32,000 nucleotides of DNA from a secondary endosymbiont of Trabutina mannipara (GCF_900090215.1 NZ_LT594522.1:1-32000); one strand, 5' to 3'; counted from the stretch's first letter, positions 9,805-22,408 are shown. Made by a program: numbers and translations. Notes: generated by a model from the letters alone, not told the origin.

Positions 9805-11169
9805 ATGAAAGATACAATACTTACTAAAATTATTAAAGATAAATATGAATGGATAACTAAACTTAAAAAATTATATCCATTAAAAAGTTTTAATCATAAA
9901 GTTAATCCTAGTACACGCAGTTTTTATCATGCAATTTCTGATAATAATAAAATAGAATTTATTCTAGAATGCAAAAAAGCATCGCCTTCTAAAGGAATTA
10001 TTTGTTCTGATTTTGATCCAATTAATATTGCCAGTATTTATCGACATTATGCTTCAGTAATTTCTGTACTAACAGAAGAAAAATATTTTAAAGGAAATTT
10101 AAATTTTTTAAGACAAGTAAGTCAGTCAATTAACCAACCAATATTATGTAAAGATTTTATTATTGATCCTTGGCAAATTTACTTAGCACGTTTATATCAA
10201 GCTGATGCTATTCTACTTATGTTATCTATTCTTAATGATGATAATTACTGTAAACTAGTGACAGTAGCACACCATTTAAATATGGGTATCTTAACTGAAG
10301 TTATCAACAATAAAGAACGTAATCGTGCAATTTCATTAAAAGCAAAAGTAATAGGCATTAACAATCGTGATTTAAGATATTTATCTATTAATTTAAACAG
10401 AATTAATGTTTTAAGTCCAAAATTACCAGCAGATATAAATATTATAAGTGAATCTGGCATTACTATTTGTAATAAAGTACGTAAAATAAGTAACTATACT
10501 AATGGATTTTTAATTGGCAGTACTTTAATGGCTGAAACAAATTTAATAACATCTCTATTTAAGATCCTCTTAGGAGCAAATAAAGTTTGCGGTTTAACCC
10601 GTACTATAGATGCGCGAGCTTCCATAGAATCAGGAGCTATTTATGGTGGACTTATTTTTATTCCAGGTACCCCAAGAGTTATAAATGAAAACATTGCCCA
10701 AAATATTATTTCTAGTGCTGCATTGCATTATGTAGGAGTATTTAGTAATAATTCAATCAAAAAAATTGTAAATATTACTACTAAATTAGCAATATCAATT
10801 TTACAACTACATGGCAATGAAAATCAAAATTATATTGATATATTAAATCAATATTTAGTATCAGATGGTTATCTTTGGAAAGTATTCGATATTTTTAATA
10901 TTATACTACCAATTAATAATTTATCTAAAATAGATCGCTATGTACTTGATAATGGTGGTGGAAGCGGTAAATCTTTTAATTGGTTACTCTTAAATGAAAT
11001 AAAATTAGATAATATTATGTTAGCTGGGGGATTAACTACAGCTAATTGTATAGCTGCAACACGTTTAGGATGTGCTGGAATTGATTTTAATTCCAAATTA
11101 GAAATTGAACCTGGTATTAAAGATCATAAAAAAATATCTACTGTATTTGATACATTACGTTCTTATTAA
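9805..11169 (+). CDS. trpC: Bifunctional indole-3-glycerol-phosphate synthase / phosphoribosylanthranilate isomerase
   Basis: The 454-aa ORF is colinear over its full length with E. coli TrpC(F). Shared segments include [53 protein letters not shown] and QLHGNE. Confidence 0.92.
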   Translation: MKDTILTKIIKDKYEWITKLKKLYPLKSFNHKVNPSTRSFYHAISDNNKIEFILECKKASPSKGIICSDFDPINIASIYRHYASVISVLTEEKYFKGNLNFLRQVSQSINQPILCKDFIIDPWQIYLARLYQADAILLMLSILNDDNYCKLVTVAHHLNMGILTEVINNKERNRAISLKAKVIGINNRDLRYLSINLNRINVLSPKLPADINIISESGITICNKVRKISNYTNGFLIGSTLMAETNLITSLFKILLGANKVCGLTRTIDARASIESGAIYGGLIFIPGTPRVINENIAQNIISSAALHYVGVFSNNSIKKIVNITTKLAISILQLHGNENQNYIDILNQYLVSDGYLWKVFDIFNIILPINNLSKIDRYVLDNGGGSGKSFNWLLLNEIKLDNIMLAGGLTTANCIAATRLGCAGIDFNSKLEIEPGIKDHKKISTVFDTLRSY

Positions 11170-11216
11170 AAAGTATAATTTTAAGTATAATTTTAATATA
11201 TAAAATAATTATAACT

Positions 11217-12407
11217 ATGACACTAATTAATCCATATTTTGGCGAATTTGGTGGTATGTATGTACCACAAATACTAGTACCTGCACTTCTTCAATTAGAA
11301 GAAGAATTTGTAAATGCACAAAATGATCCTAAATTTAATATAGAATTTAAAAATATGCTTACTAAATATGCTGGAAGACCCACTCCAATAACAGAATGTC
11401 ATAATTTAACTATTGGTACTAATGCTAAATTATATTTAAAACGTGAAGATCTGCTTCATGGAGGTGCTCATAAAACAAACCAAGTATTAGGTCAAGCATT
11501 ATTAGCTAAACGTATGGGAAAAACTGAAATTATTGCTGAAACTGGAGCTGGTCAGCACGGAGTAGCTTCTGCTTTGTCTTCTGCATTATTAAGATTAAAA
11601 TGTCGTATTTATATGGGTGCTAAAGATATAGAACGTCAATCACCAAATGTATTTCGTATGAAACTTATGGGCGCTGAAGTGATTCCAGTACATAGTGGAT
11701 CTTCAACTTTAAAAGATGCTTGTAATGAAGCATTGCGTGATTGGTCTGGTAATTATGAAAAAGCACATTATATGTTAGGTACTGCAGCTGGTCCACATCC
11801 TTTTCCAACTATAGTACGAGAATTTCAAAAAATGATAGGCGAAGAAACAAGAGCACAAATGTATGAACAAGAACATTGTTTACCCAATGCAATAATTGCA
11901 TGCGTTGGAGGCGGATCTAATGCTATAGGCATATTTAATGAATTCATTAATGAACCTAAAGTTCGTTTAATAGGAGTAGAATCGGGAGGTTTAGGTATTG
12001 AAACAGGCAAGCATGGAGCTTCTTTAAAATATGGAAGAACCGGAATTTATTTCGGTATGAAATCACCTATGCTACAATCATCTGAGGGACAAATTAAAGA
12101 ATCTTATTCTATTTCTGCTGGTCTTGATTTTCCTTCTGTTGGTCCTCAACATGCCTATCTTAATAGTATAGGTCGTGCAGAATATGTATCGATAACAGAT
12201 AAAGAAGCCTTAGATGCTTTTAAGATTCTTTCTCGTTATGAAGGAATTATACCTGCACTGGAATCTTCCCATGCACTTGCTTATGCATTAAAAATGATTA
12301 GATCAGAACCAGATAAAAAGCAAATTTTAGTAGTAAATTTATCAGGTCGCGGGGATAAAGATATTTTTACAGTTCATAAGATTTTATCTTCAAAAGGAGA
12401 AATTTAA
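11217..12407 (+). CDS. trpB: Tryptophan synthase beta chain
   Basis: [43 protein letters not shown] and GGGSNAIG are the canonical TrpB PLP motifs. The ORF is 396 aa. Confidence 0.96.
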   Translation: MTLINPYFGEFGGMYVPQILVPALLQLEEEFVNAQNDPKFNIEFKNMLTKYAGRPTPITECHNLTIGTNAKLYLKREDLLHGGAHKTNQVLGQALLAKRMGKTEIIAETGAGQHGVASALSSALLRLKCRIYMGAKDIERQSPNVFRMKLMGAEVIPVHSGSSTLKDACNEALRDWSGNYEKAHYMLGTAAGPHPFPTIVREFQKMIGEETRAQMYEQEHCLPNAIIACVGGGSNAIGIFNEFINEPKVRLIGVESGGLGIETGKHGASLKYGRTGIYFGMKSPMLQSSEGQIKESYSISAGLDFPSVGPQHAYLNSIGRAEYVSITDKEALDAFKILSRYEGIIPALESSHALAYALKMIRSEPDKKQILVVNLSGRGDKDIFTVHKILSSKGEI

Positions 12408-13228
12408 TGGAACGATATAAAAAATTATTTAGTAAATTAATAAATTCTAATGAAGGTGCTTTTGTACCATTTGTAATACTTGGAGATCCTAATCCCATAA
12501 TTTCTCTGCAAATTATTGATACAATTATTAATGCTGGAGCTGATGCTCTTGAATTAGGTATTCCATTTTCGGATCCTCTAGCAGATGGACCTACTATTCA
12601 AAAAGCTAATTTACGTGCATTTAATTCAGGAGTTACATTTGATTCTTGTTTTGAAATGTTAACTACAATTCGTAAAAAATATATATCAATCCCTATTGGG
12701 TTGTTAATTTATGCTAATTTAGTATATAATAAAGGATTAGATTTTTTTTATTATCTTTGTAATAAAGTTGGTATTGATTCTGTGTTGGTAGCAGATGTAC
12801 CTTTATTAGAGAGCCTTTCTTTTCGAAATTCTGCTCGTCGTTATAATATATCCCCTATTTTTATTTGTCCTCCTAATGCTGATCTTCTTCTTTTACAAGA
12901 AATAACTTTATATAGTAAAGCATATATTTATTTACTTTCACGTCCTGGTGTTACTGGTATTGAAAATAAAGGTAATATATTATTAACTAATTTAGTTAAT
13001 AAGTTGAAAAAATATAATGCAGCACCTATCTTACAAGGTTTTGGTATTTCTGAACCAGAACAAGTACGTATTGCGTTACATAATGGAATATCAGGTGTAA
13101 TATCTGGATCAGCAATAATATCTATTATTGAATATAATTTAAATAATACATCTTTAATTTTTAAAAAAATTTTTAAATTTATTTTTGAAATGAAAGCTGC
13201 AACTTATTTAAAAAAACTTTCTTTATAG
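12407..13228 (+). CDS. trpA: Tryptophan synthase alpha chain
   Basis: The start overlaps the trpB stop (TAATG), giving translational coupling as in E. coli. Motifs include [32 protein letters not shown] and GFGIS. The ORF is 273 aa. Confidence 0.93.
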   Translation: MERYKKLFSKLINSNEGAFVPFVILGDPNPIISLQIIDTIINAGADALELGIPFSDPLADGPTIQKANLRAFNSGVTFDSCFEMLTTIRKKYISIPIGLLIYANLVYNKGLDFFYYLCNKVGIDSVLVADVPLLESLSFRNSARRYNISPIFICPPNADLLLLQEITLYSKAYIYLLSRPGVTGIENKGNILLTNLVNKLKKYNAAPILQGFGISEPEQVRIALHNGISGVISGSAIISIIEYNLNNTSLIFKKIFKFIFEMKAATYLKKLSL

Positions 13229-13383
13229 AGAGAGAAGACTAAATTAAAAATTATCTATATTTATGTTTTAAAATTAACTTAAATAAAATTTATATAAAAT
13301 TTTAATAAAAGTTCTATTTATTACATCTTTGATGAGATACTCTTAGTGATCTAAAATCACTTAAAACAGGATTTTTATTATCT

Positions 13384-14844
13384 ATGATAATGCTTTTTTG
13401 TACTATAAGCAACTGGCTATCAATATTATTTTATTGGTTGTTAATTACAAGCGTAACTTTACGGGTAATAATGAAACGTCGTGCAGTACCTGCGGCTATG
13501 TCTTGGTTATTAGTAATTTATATTTTACCTTTGTTAGGTATTATGATCTATCTTTTATTCGGTGAATCTAATCTAGATAAATATCGTAAAAAACGTAGTA
13601 AAGATATATGGCAATCTACTACTAAATTGATTAAAAATCTTAAAGAATATCAACGTATTTTTTCTAATGAAAATAGTGAATTAGCTAGCTCTTTATTTAA
13701 ATTATGTGAAAATAGACAGGGATTTAAAGGTCTTAAAGGTAATAAAATAAAATTATTAACTAACACAGATAATGCATTAAAGATGCTAATTAATGATGTT
13801 AATAAAGCACAAAAAAATATTGAGATAGTTTTTTATATTTGGCAAATAGGTGGCTTAGTAGACAAAGTAGCAGAAGCTTTAATGGCTGCAGCACGTAGGG
13901 GAGTGCATTGTAGGTTAATACTAGATTCAGCAGGAAGTATGAATTTTTTTCGTAGTTCTTATCATTCAAAAATGCGTGCTGCTGGAATTAATATAGTAGA
14001 AGCACTACATGTAAGTATTTTATGTATATTTATACGACGTATGGATTTACGACAGCATCGCAAAATGGTGTTAATTGATAATTATATTGCATATACTGGA
14101 AGTATGAATATGGTAGATCCACGTTTTTTCAAAAAAAATATAGGTATTGGTCAATGGATAGATATTCTTCTACGTATAGAAGGACCCATAGCAGTAGTTA
14201 TGGGTATTATATTTTCATATGATTGGGAAATAGAAACTGGTGAACGTATTCTTCCACAACCCAAAATAAATATTATACCATTTTCAAAAAAATCAGAAAA
14301 TATTATTCAAATAATTGCTTCAGGTCCTTGTTTTCATGAAGGAATTATCCATCAAGCATTGCTTACATCTATTTATGCAGCACGTAAAAAATTAGTTATT
14401 ACTACACCTTATTTAGTTCCAAGCGATGATTTACTTTATGCTATTTGTACCGCAGCACAGCGTGGAGTAAAAGTACATATTATAGTTCCCCGTTATAATG
14501 ATTCATTATTGGTCAGTTGGGCTAGTAGAGCATTTTTTACAGAACTTTTAGAAGCTGGTGTGCACATATACCAATTTGAAGATGGTTTATTACACACAAA
14601 GAGTGTTTTAGTAGATGGTCAATTAAGTCTAGTAGGTACAGTAAATTTAGATATGCGTAGTTTATGGTTAAATTTTGAAATAACTTTAGTTATCGATGAT
14701 ACAAATTTTGGTAATGATCTTGCTAAAGTACAAAATTATTATATGAAAAGATCAAAAATTCTAGCAAATAGAATTTGGTCACAGCGTCCATACTGGCAAC
14801 GTATTATTGAACGCTTATTTTATTTTCTTAGTCCATTACTTTAA
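13384..14844 (+). CDS. clsA: Cardiolipin synthase A
   Basis: The 486-aa ORF is colinear with E. coli ClsA ([20 protein letters not shown]; two HKD motifs RQHRKM..IDN and [11 protein letters not shown]; C-terminus ERLFYF.SPLL). The start could be Met1 or Met3. Confidence 0.93.
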   Translation: MIMLFCTISNWLSILFYWLLITSVTLRVIMKRRAVPAAMSWLLVIYILPLLGIMIYLLFGESNLDKYRKKRSKDIWQSTTKLIKNLKEYQRIFSNENSELASSLFKLCENRQGFKGLKGNKIKLLTNTDNALKMLINDVNKAQKNIEIVFYIWQIGGLVDKVAEALMAAARRGVHCRLILDSAGSMNFFRSSYHSKMRAAGINIVEALHVSILCIFIRRMDLRQHRKMVLIDNYIAYTGSMNMVDPRFFKKNIGIGQWIDILLRIEGPIAVVMGIIFSYDWEIETGERILPQPKINIIPFSKKSENIIQIIASGPCFHEGIIHQALLTSIYAARKKLVITTPYLVPSDDLLYAICTAAQRGVKVHIIVPRYNDSLLVSWASRAFFTELLEAGVHIYQFEDGLLHTKSVLVDGQLSLVGTVNLDMRSLWLNFEITLVIDDTNFGNDLAKVQNYYMKRSKILANRIWSQRPYWQRIIERLFYFLSPLL

Positions 14845-14956
14845 TTTTTAATAACTTATCAAGTAATAAAATTTATATAAAAATTTGATTTATTATATAT
14901 AATTGTAGATTAATAAATAAAAAATTAATCTTTTTAACAAGATACGTACTACTAAT

Positions 14957-14986
14957 ATAATTAATTAATTTATAATTAATTAATTT
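14957..14986. repeat. Perfect tandem duplication of a 15-bp unit (ataattaattaattt x2)
   Basis: Read directly at 14957-14971 and 14972-14986, in the clsA/xthA spacer. Confidence 0.85.
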
Positions 14987-15000
14987 ATCGAATTTAGATT

Positions 15001-15034
15001 AGATTTATAATTATAGATAGATTTATAATTATAG
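15001..15034. repeat. Direct repeat agatttataattatag x2 separated by 2 nt
   Basis: Copies lie at 15001-15016 and 15019-15034, in the same spacer as the previous repeat. Confidence 0.85.
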
Positions 15035-15082
15035 TATGTTAAATAACATTTGTAAAAATAATAAAATTATATTTTCTCAAAT

Positions 15083-15892
15083 ATGATATTTGTTTCTTTT
15101 AATATAAATGGGTTACGTGCTAGAATACATCAGCTTAAAGAAATTATAACTAGATTACATCCTGATGTAATTGGTTTACAGGAAACAAAAGTTCATGACA
15201 ATATGTTTCCTGTAAATGAGATATTAAGTTATGGTTATAATGTTTACTATCACGGACAAAAAAGTCACTATGGAGTAGCATTACTTAGTCGTAAAAAACC
15301 TTTAGAAATTCGTCGTGGATTTTGTACTGATAATAATCAATCTCAAAAAAGGATTATTATGGCTGATTTTATTACAAAAAAAGGATTATTGACGGTTATC
15401 AATGGATATTTTCCACATGGAGAAAATCGTAATCATCCAATAAAATTTCCAGCAAAAGAGTTTTTTTTCCAAAATTTACAGAAATATGTAGAAAAAAACC
15501 ACAATAGTGGAAAATCTTTACTTATTATTATGGGAGATATGAATGTTTGTTTTACAGATCTAGATATTGGTATTGAAGAAAAAAATAGTAATAGATGGCT
15601 TAGTATAGGAAAATGTTCTTTTCTTTATGAAGAAAGAATTTGGGTAAAACGTTTACTTGATTGGGGAATGATAGATACTTATCGTAAAATGAATCCTACT
15701 AATAATGATTATTACTCATGGTTTGACTATCGTTCACGATGTTTTAATAACAATTTAGGACTTCGTATTGATTTTTTATTAGCTTCATTACCATTATCAA
15801 CAATGATTAAAAATACAGGAATAGATTACAATATTCGTGCAATGAATAATCCTTCAGATCATGCACCTGTATGGACAGATTTTAATCTCTAA
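15083..15892 (+). CDS. xthA: Exodeoxyribonuclease III
   Basis: The 269-aa [20 protein letters not shown]...[15 protein letters not shown]...PSDHAPVW is colinear with E. coli XthA, which I recall as 268 aa. Confidence 0.93.
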   Translation: MIFVSFNINGLRARIHQLKEIITRLHPDVIGLQETKVHDNMFPVNEILSYGYNVYYHGQKSHYGVALLSRKKPLEIRRGFCTDNNQSQKRIIMADFITKKGLLTVINGYFPHGENRNHPIKFPAKEFFFQNLQKYVEKNHNSGKSLLIIMGDMNVCFTDLDIGIEEKNSNRWLSIGKCSFLYEERIWVKRLLDWGMIDTYRKMNPTNNDYYSWFDYRSRCFNNNLGLRIDFLLASLPLSTMIKNTGIDYNIRAMNNPSDHAPVWTDFNL

Positions 15893-16140
15893 AATATTTT
15901 TTTAAAAAAAAAAGATTTAAGTATGTTTTTTATATTAGTCACTATAATTTTTTTGCAGTATCTGCAGTACTATTTTTTTACATTGTAAAAATAAATTAAA
16001 TTATTGATTTAATATTCTTAATAAAAAACTACTATTTTATGTAAAAAATGAACATATTATTATTAATGGTAAAATTATACGTTTTTTTTATGAAAAAATC
16101 ATCTATTTTTTTTACTAAAAATATTGGATTTTTTTTCCAT

Positions 16141-16656
16141 ATGATAAAAGTATTATATTACTTTTCCCAAAATAGGATAATATGGTTTTTATTAGCACTA
16201 ACTACCTTAACATTAGAAAGTGTTGCACTTTACATGCAGCATATAATGCTATTAAAACCATGTGTATGGTGTATCTATCAACGTTGTACTTTATATGGAT
16301 TATTAATAGCAAGTTTGGTGGGTATTATTGCTCCTAAAACTCCACTACGTTTCGTGGGATTAGCAATTTGGATATATAGTGCTTTACAGGGTTTGTTACT
16401 AGCAATAAATTATCTTAATACTTCTTCGTTTATTATTTGTGATAATTTTTCAAATTTGCCTATTTTGCTACCATTATATAAGTGGTTACCATTAGTATTT
16501 AACACTAATAATAGCTATTGCACTATTAGCAAATTGCGTTTTTTTTCAATTGAAATGCCGCAATTGATGATTATTATATTTATTTTTTATTTAATAATAG
16601 CAGTAATTATTTTGGTTGCACAAATATTACCCTTGTATAAGGATAAACTAAAGTAA
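16141..16656 (+). CDS. dsbB: Disulfide bond formation protein B
   Basis: MIKVLYYFSQNR..W.L.A.T...LE..AL..QH.MLLKPCV.CIY.RC matches E. coli DsbB from its own Met1. Both Cys pairs are retained (CVWC, and C in FIICDNF / NNSYC). I placed the start at Met32 of the listed ORF. The upstream 31 codons are poly-T/AT-rich with no homology. Confidence 0.85.
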   Translation: MIKVLYYFSQNRIIWFLLALTTLTLESVALYMQHIMLLKPCVWCIYQRCTLYGLLIASLVGIIAPKTPLRFVGLAIWIYSALQGLLLAINYLNTSSFIICDNFSNLPILLPLYKWLPLVFNTNNSYCTISKLRFFSIEMPQLMIIIFIFYLIIAVIILVAQILPLYKDKLK

Positions 16657-16678
16657 TTATAAATTATTTTACTTTTAA

Positions 16679-17392
16679 TTATTTTACTTTTCTATTTTTT
16701 TGAAAATTTTTCCATAATACTTCGTTATGCAGATAATTTTGCTTAACTAATCCTATTGGTTTCATATTACCATGATAATACTTATGAAGTGCTAACGGTA
16801 AGATATCCTGTGCGTTAGGTAATAATATTTTCCCATTTATAAGTTGTAAATGTTCATAATTAACAAATGCAGAATTATTCTGCCATCCTGTACCTGCAAT
16901 AGCCCAACATCCGATAAAATCAGCAATTATAGTATCTAATGCTCTAGTTTCTACTATTACTTCGTGTTCTTCTCCAATCCAAATACCTGGTCCTTGACGC
17001 TGATAAGGGGCCCAATATACTTTTTGCATATGCGCATTTATAGCTGTTAATACCTGATTAGCTCCTGTATTACGCCACGCTCCTTCAGCAAGAATTGCTA
17101 ATGTAGAAATTCCAATAAGCGGCAGATCAGCTCCTAAAGCTAATCCTTGCGCAATACCGATACTAATACGTACACCAGTAAAATTACCTGGTCCACAGCT
17201 AAATGCTAGAGCATCAAGATTACTTAATGTAATACCAGCTTCTGATAATAAACTATCTACCATAGGTAAAATAAGTTGCGTATGTTCTTTAGGTGCGATG
17301 GTAAATTTTTTTAATAAAATATCATTATCAAGCATTATAGCTGCTGAACATGCTTCAGTAGCAGTATCGATAGCTAAAATTCTAGTAGGCAT
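16679..17392 (-). CDS. tsaB: tRNA t6A37 threonylcarbamoyltransferase complex dimerization subunit TsaB (YeaZ)
   Basis: RILAIDTATEACS, PKEHTQ.ILPMV, GPG.FTGVRI.IGIAQGLALGA.LP.IG.STL and GTGW are colinear with E. coli YeaZ. Confidence 0.9.
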   Translation of the reverse strand: MPTRILAIDTATEACSAAIMLDNDILLKKFTIAPKEHTQLILPMVDSLLSEAGITLSNLDALAFSCGPGNFTGVRISIGIAQGLALGADLPLIGISTLAILAEGAWRNTGANQVLTAINAHMQKVYWAPYQRQGPGIWIGEEHEVIVETRALDTIIADFIGCWAIAGTGWQNNSAFVNYEHLQLINGKILLPNAQDILPLALHKYYHGNMKPIGLVKQNYLHNEVLWKNFQKNRKVK

Positions 17393-17411
17393 TTATATTT
17401 ATGACATATTA

Positions 17412-18677
17412 TTATATATAAATATTGTAATTATTTTTTTGATCTTGTTGCAATGCAATATAATTTTTCCACCATTTGCTGATTTTGTGTAATTCAGTAT
17501 TTTTTTCTATTTTAGCGCGTAAATTTAAAAAATAATAAGCAGCATAAAACTTATGATTGATTATTAGCTTATTATAACATTGTTTCATGCTCAATTGAAG
17601 TTGCCATATTTCTCTTATTAAGAGAGTTAATCTTTTTGGAATTGCTAAAATTTGAAACTTTTTATCAAAAATATTGTGTATTGCTAGCGAAAAAGCATCA
17701 ATATAAGATATATTTCTTTCATAAATTAATTTTTTTGTATTTTCTAATAAAGGATACCATAGTATAGCTGCAAATAAAAAAGCTGGATTAACTCTTATAT
17801 TTTTGCGCAATTGCTGATCAATATTATATAATGCGCGAATTATCATTAATTCAACATAACTATCGCCATGTTCAGTTAAATTACTACTTACTAACGGAAA
17901 AAGTAGCTGAAATAAATTATATTTTCGTAATAAATAATAGGTAGCTTCACCATATCCTCCATGTAGAAGTTTAATAGTTTCTTCAAACAAACGTGCTGGA
18001 GCAATGTTATGCAATAAAATTGCTAATTGGCAAATAGGTTCTGCAGTTTCATAGCTAATAGTCATATCTAATTTGGCAGCAAAACGTATAGCACGTAGAA
18101 TTCTTAGAGGATCTTCTCTATAACTAATTTCTGGATCACCTATCAAACGAATAGTACCTTTATGTAAATCTTTTATTCCTCCTGTATAATCACGTACTGA
18201 AAAATCAGCTATATTATAATATAGACTATTAATTGAAAAATCTCGTCGCTGTGCGTCTTCTTCAATCGAGCCAAATATATTATCGCGTAGTATCATACCA
18301 TTATGACCAATAATATAGTTATCTAATTTTTTATTAGACTTAAATATCAGATTACTACCTCTGAATGTTGCAACTTCAATAACTTCTGATCTAAAAATAA
18401 CGCGAGCTAGTCTAAAACGTCTGCCAACTAATCTACAATTACGAAATAGTTTGCGCATTTGCTCTGGTGTTGCATTTGTTGTTATATCAAAATCTTTGGG
18501 TTTTTTATCCAATAATATATCGCGAACGCTGCCGCCAACTAAATAAGCTTCATATCCTGCTTTATTTAGACGATAAAGTACTTTTAAAGCATTTTTACTA
18601 ATATATTTACGAGAAATAGAGTGTTTAGCACGTGGAATAATATTTAAAGAAGATTTCTTTTTTTGTGTTTTTTCCAT
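17412..18677 (-). CDS. pcnB: Poly(A) polymerase I
   Basis: [24 protein letters not shown] is the class II nucleotidyltransferase motif, followed by [11 protein letters not shown] and ED..RRDF.INSLYY. The ORF is 421 aa. It lies next to dksA as in E. coli, with gluQ missing between them. Confidence 0.9.
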   Translation of the reverse strand: MEKTQKKKSSLNIIPRAKHSISRKYISKNALKVLYRLNKAGYEAYLVGGSVRDILLDKKPKDFDITTNATPEQMRKLFRNCRLVGRRFRLARVIFRSEVIEVATFRGSNLIFKSNKKLDNYIIGHNGMILRDNIFGSIEEDAQRRDFSINSLYYNIADFSVRDYTGGIKDLHKGTIRLIGDPEISYREDPLRILRAIRFAAKLDMTISYETAEPICQLAILLHNIAPARLFEETIKLLHGGYGEATYYLLRKYNLFQLLFPLVSSNLTEHGDSYVELMIIRALYNIDQQLRKNIRVNPAFLFAAILWYPLLENTKKLIYERNISYIDAFSLAIHNIFDKKFQILAIPKRLTLLIREIWQLQLSMKQCYNKLIINHKFYAAYYFLNLRAKIEKNTELHKISKWWKNYIALQQDQKNNYNIYI

Positions 18678-18694
18678 ACTTTCACTAATGTATA

Positions 18695-18734
18695 AGTTAG
18701 TAGTTAGATATAATAGTTAGTAGTTAGATATAAT
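18695..18734. repeat. Perfect tandem duplication of a 20-bp unit (agttagtagttagatataat x2)
   Basis: Read directly at 18695-18714 and 18715-18734, in the 107-bp pcnB/dksA spacer where E. coli carries gluQ. Confidence 0.9.
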
Positions 18735-18784
18735 AAAATCTTATACAGATATCATGATCTATCATGCTAGTTATATTCTTATAC

Positions 18785-19237
18785 TTATACAACTATTTGT
18801 TTTTTACGAATTTCATCAATATTTTTGCAATCAATACATAAATTAGCAGTTGGACGCGCCTCTAAACGTCGAATACCAATTTCTACTCCACAGTAATCAC
18901 AGAAACCAAAATTTTTATTTTCTACTTTTTTAAGTGTTTTTTCAATTTTTTTAATAAGTTTATGTTCTCGATCACGATTACGTAGTTCAAAACTAAATTC
19001 TTCTTCTTGTACAGCACGATCTACTGGATCAGGAAAATTAACACTATCATCCTGCATATATGAAATACGCCCTATTTCCTTTTTAAGTTGATTACGCCAA
19101 GCCTCAAGAATACGCTTAAAATGAAGAATTTGTGCTTCATTCATATATTTTTCACCAGGTTTTTGCTGATATGCTTCAACTCCAGCGTTGGTAAGAATGC
19201 TTAAGGAAGATTTTTTACGACTTTCATTTTGGGGCAT
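18785..19237 (-). CDS. dksA: RNA polymerase-binding transcription factor DksA
   Basis: The 150-aa ORF is near-identical to E. coli DksA over [54 protein letters not shown] and the C4 zinc finger ([23 protein letters not shown]). Confidence 0.95.
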   Translation of the reverse strand: MPQNESRKKSSLSILTNAGVEAYQQKPGEKYMNEAQILHFKRILEAWRNQLKKEIGRISYMQDDSVNFPDPVDRAVQEEEFSFELRNRDREHKLIKKIEKTLKKVENKNFGFCDYCGVEIGIRRLEARPTANLCIDCKNIDEIRKKQIVV

Positions 19238-19400
19238 GTTATTTCTCCTTAAATATAATTTAATATAATCATATTTTTATTATAGAGCAATAAAACATAT
19301 TTTAGTTTCTAGTACAGATTGATAAAATCTCAGAATAATAAAAAAATATAATATCATCATTGCGAAAAAAAACAAGTTAGATACACATAATTGTATCGAT

Positions 19401-19430
19401 GATTATCGATGTTACGATTATCGATGTTAA
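19401..19430. repeat. Tandem duplication of a 15-bp unit (gattatcgatgttac / gattatcgatgttaa)
   Basis: Copies lie at 19401-19415 and 19416-19430 (14/15 identical). A nearby 10-bp unit tttttatatc is repeated at 19479-19498. Confidence 0.8.
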
Positions 19431-19647
19431 TTTTATCTAATAGAATAGATAATAATCTACGCTATTGCTATTTTACTTTTTTTATATCTTTTTATATCTA
19501 TTTTTTATATCCTTGTTTTTATAATAACGTTAATATTTATATTGATGCTAATAGTTCACTAACTTAATACAAAACAAAATATTTTCAATATAAACTATTG
19601 ATGATCGTGTATATAGTAATTTTAAAAAAAATTGAGAATATATAATT

Positions 19648-19994
19648 ATGAGTCAATTTTAAATTGTACCATTACATTTCAATGATTCAGCTGTCAATAA
19701 AGTTAAAAATATTATATCTAATGAAGATAATCATAATCTAAAATTAAGAGTATATGTTATAGTAGGTGGTTGTAGGGGCTTCAAGTATTGTTTTACTTTA
19801 GATGAGAAAGTAAATAAAAACGATATTATTTTTGAAAAAAAAGGTGTATATCTAATTATTGAAAATATAAGCTTATTATATCTTGCAGGTAGTTCAGTTG
19901 ATTATAGCGAAAATTTAGAAGGGTCTCGTTTTATAGTTATTAAACCTAATGCTCTAAGAATACATGCAATTGTGGATTATCATTTAGTATTTGA
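19648..19994 (+). pseudogene. erpA: Fe-S cluster insertion protein ErpA (HesB/IscA family) pseudogene
   Basis: The translation [52 protein letters not shown]...[20 protein letters not shown] tracks E. coli ErpA closely. Codon 5 is TAA. A 1-nt deletion near 19955 moves the conserved C-terminus [10 protein letters not shown] (E. coli TCGCGSSFSI*) into another frame. Confidence 0.8.
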
Positions 19995-20055
19995 TACTAT
20001 TTTAAGTAAATCTAAATTTTAGTAATAAAAAAACTGTTTTTACCAGGAGATAATT

Positions 20056-21279
20056 GTGAAAAAATATCTAGTTGGTGGTGCTGTACGTAACCGAATATTA
20101 AATATTCCAGTTAAAGAAAGAGACTGGGTTGTAGTTGGAGCTACCCCACAAGAAATGTTAGCACAAGGTTATAAACAAGTAGGTAAAGACTTTCCAGTTT
20201 TTTTGCATCCTAAAAGCCGCGAAGAATATGCATTAGCTCGCACAGAACGAAAATTAGATCAGGGGCTACATACAAGTTTCATATGTTATTCTTCTCCCGA
20301 AGTTACATTAGAGGATGATTTACGTCGTCGTGATCTTACTATTAACGCTATTGCTTGCGACGATGCGGGTAATCTCATTGATCCTTATAAAGGATATCGT
20401 GATATCTGTCAGCGATATCTTCGTCATGTTTCTGATGCTTTTATTGAAGATCCTTTAAGAGTATTACGTGTTACTCGTTTTGCTGCAAGTTTAGCACATT
20501 TAAATTTCCGTATTGCTCCAGAAACGCTGCTACTTATGCAGCACATGACTGATAAACTACTATTATTAACTCCTGAGAGAGTTTGGAAAGAGACAAAAAT
20601 AGCTCTTTTAACTCGTAATCCTCAAGTTTATTTTAAAACTTTGCGTGAATGTGGGGCATTAAAAGCGTTATTTCCAGAAATAGATGCTTTATTTGGAATC
20701 CCATCAGTAGCAAAATGGCACCAAGAAATAGATACAGGTATTCATACTCTACTTACTGTTTCAATGGCAGCCAAACTATCAGATGATATAGCAGTACGTT
20801 TTGCCATGCTTTGTCACGATATTGGAAAAGCGATTACTCCGCGCAAAATATGGCCTAACCACCATGGACATGGTTTTATAGGTAGTAAGTTAGTAGAAAA
20901 CTTGTGTCAACGTTTAAAAGTACCTAAATCAATACGTAATTTAGCAAAATTAATAACACAATACCATGATTTACTACATAATGCATATATTACACCAAAA
21001 ATAATAATAAAAATATTTAACAATATTAATATTTGGCACAAATCAGAACGTTTGGAACAGATGATTCTTGCTAGTGAAGCAAATGTTCGTGGTCATACTG
21101 TATTTGAAAATTATGCTTCTCATCAAGGAGAATTTTTGCGTGAAGCTTTCAAGATAGCATCTTCGATAACTGCACACGATATAATTAATGCAGGATTTAT
21201 TGGTACGCAAATTGGTAATGAGCTTAATAGACAACGTAGGTTAGCACTAGTCAAATGGAAAAAAGAAAAAAATAACTAA
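20056..21279 (+). CDS. cca: Multifunctional CCA-adding tRNA nucleotidyltransferase with HD domain (GTG start)
   Basis: The 407-aa ORF is colinear with E. coli Cca. Shared segments include [64 protein letters not shown] and the HD motif LCHDIGK...HHGHG. Confidence 0.92.
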   Translation: MKKYLVGGAVRNRILNIPVKERDWVVVGATPQEMLAQGYKQVGKDFPVFLHPKSREEYALARTERKLDQGLHTSFICYSSPEVTLEDDLRRRDLTINAIACDDAGNLIDPYKGYRDICQRYLRHVSDAFIEDPLRVLRVTRFAASLAHLNFRIAPETLLLMQHMTDKLLLLTPERVWKETKIALLTRNPQVYFKTLRECGALKALFPEIDALFGIPSVAKWHQEIDTGIHTLLTVSMAAKLSDDIAVRFAMLCHDIGKAITPRKIWPNHHGHGFIGSKLVENLCQRLKVPKSIRNLAKLITQYHDLLHNAYITPKIIIKIFNNINIWHKSERLEQMILASEANVRGHTVFENYASHQGEFLREAFKIASSITAHDIINAGFIGTQIGNELNRQRRLALVKWKKEKNN

Positions 21280-21376
21280 AATAAGACTGCAACATTAACC
21301 TCATACTAAAATAGTAGTTTAAATTAATAATTAATCAAGTTACATTGATGCTTTTCTTTTATAGCATATTTAAATC

Positions 21377-22408
21377 TTATTTAAGATGTTGCATGTCCAA
21401 CATCGGTAATTCTTCTAATGGCCAGCGAGGCCGAACTGATATTGATAGATCTGATTGAACATTATCCTTAAATCGTATCATACCTGTATAAGCAATCATT
21501 GCTCCGTTATCTGTGCATAATTCAGGACGAGCGAAGAATATTTTTCCTCCTTGTTGTTGCATCATTTTAGTTAGACTATAACGTAATGACTTATTAGCAC
21601 TAACGCCACCAGCTATTACTAAACGCTGTAAACCAGTTCTATCAAGAGCACGACGGCATTTTATCATTAATGTTTCCACTATTGCATCTTCAAATGCACG
21701 TGCAATATCTGAACGTGTCTGATAGTCATTCTTACTTTTAAGAATTGTTTTTGCAGCAAAAGTTTTTATACCAGAAAAACTAAATTCAAGTCCAGGCCTA
21801 TCAGTCATTGGGCGCGGAAAAATATACCTACCAGGTACTCCTTTCTGTGCTAAATTTGCTAACATCGATCCACCAGGATAATCTAGTCCTAAAAGTTTAG
21901 CTGTTTTATCGAAAGCTTCACCTGCAGCATCATCAAGAGATTTTCCTAGAATTTGATATTTTCCAATATTACTTACAGCAATCAGTTGTGTCTTACTACC
22001 AGACACTAGTAATGCCAAAAAAGGCAATTTTGGTTGATTTATCTCTAGCATAGGAGTTAGTAAATGTCCCTCCATATGGTTAACAGCAATAGCTGGTATC
22101 TTCCAAGCATAGGCTAGTGCACGACCAATGGTGGCCCCAACCATTAAGGAACCTACTAATCCAGGACCTGCAGTATAGGCGACACCGTTAATATCAGATG
22201 CCTGTATATCAGCTTGTTCCAACGCTGCTTGAATTAATGGTACTGTTTTTCTAATATGATCTCGAGATGCTATTTCTGGTACAACACCGCCATAATTAGC
22301 ATGTAGTTTAACCTGGCTATATAATTTATTAGCTAATAATCCTTGTCTTTTATCGTAAATAGCTACACCAGTTTCGTCACATGAGGTCTCAATACCTAAT
22401 ATACGCAT
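21377..22408 (-). CDS. tsaD: tRNA N6-adenosine threonylcarbamoyltransferase TsaD (Gcp/YgjD)
   Basis: [43 protein letters not shown] and GGVSAN are present. It is divergent from rpsU, as in E. coli. Confidence 0.95.
   Translation of the reverse strand: MRILGIETSCDETGVAIYDKRQGLLANKLYSQVKLHANYGGVVPEIASRDHIRKTVPLIQAALEQADIQASDINGVAYTAGPGLVGSLMVGATIGRALAYAWKIPAIAVNHMEGHLLTPMLEINQPKLPFLALLVSGSKTQLIAVSNIGKYQILGKSLDDAAGEAFDKTAKLLGLDYPGGSMLANLAQKGVPGRYIFPRPMTDRPGLEFSFSGIKTFAAKTILKSKNDYQTRSDIARAFEDAIVETLMIKCRRALDRTGLQRLVIAGGVSANKSLRYSLTKMMQQQGGKIFFARPELCTDNGAMIAYTGMIRFKDNVQSDLSISVRPRWPLEELPMLDMQHLK

Noticed and set aside
13345-13361. The hairpin agtgat-ctaaa-atcact upstream of clsA, and the AT-only hairpin at 9756-9772, as regulatory elements.
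   Set aside because: Both are short 6-7-bp, mostly A/T stems of a kind expected frequently by chance in this composition. Neither has a positional argument such as a following T-tract.
16048-16140. A 31-codon N-terminal extension of dsbB in the ORF track (MNILLLMVKLYVFFMKKSSIFFTKNIGFFFH).
   Set aside because: Homology to DsbB begins exactly at the internal Met (16141). The extension is encoded by poly-T/AT spacer-like sequence.
17298-17492. A 64-aa plus-strand ORF spanning the tsaB start and the pcnB end.
   Set aside because: It overlaps two well-supported minus-strand genes, has hydrophobic low-complexity sequence, and has no RBS or homology.
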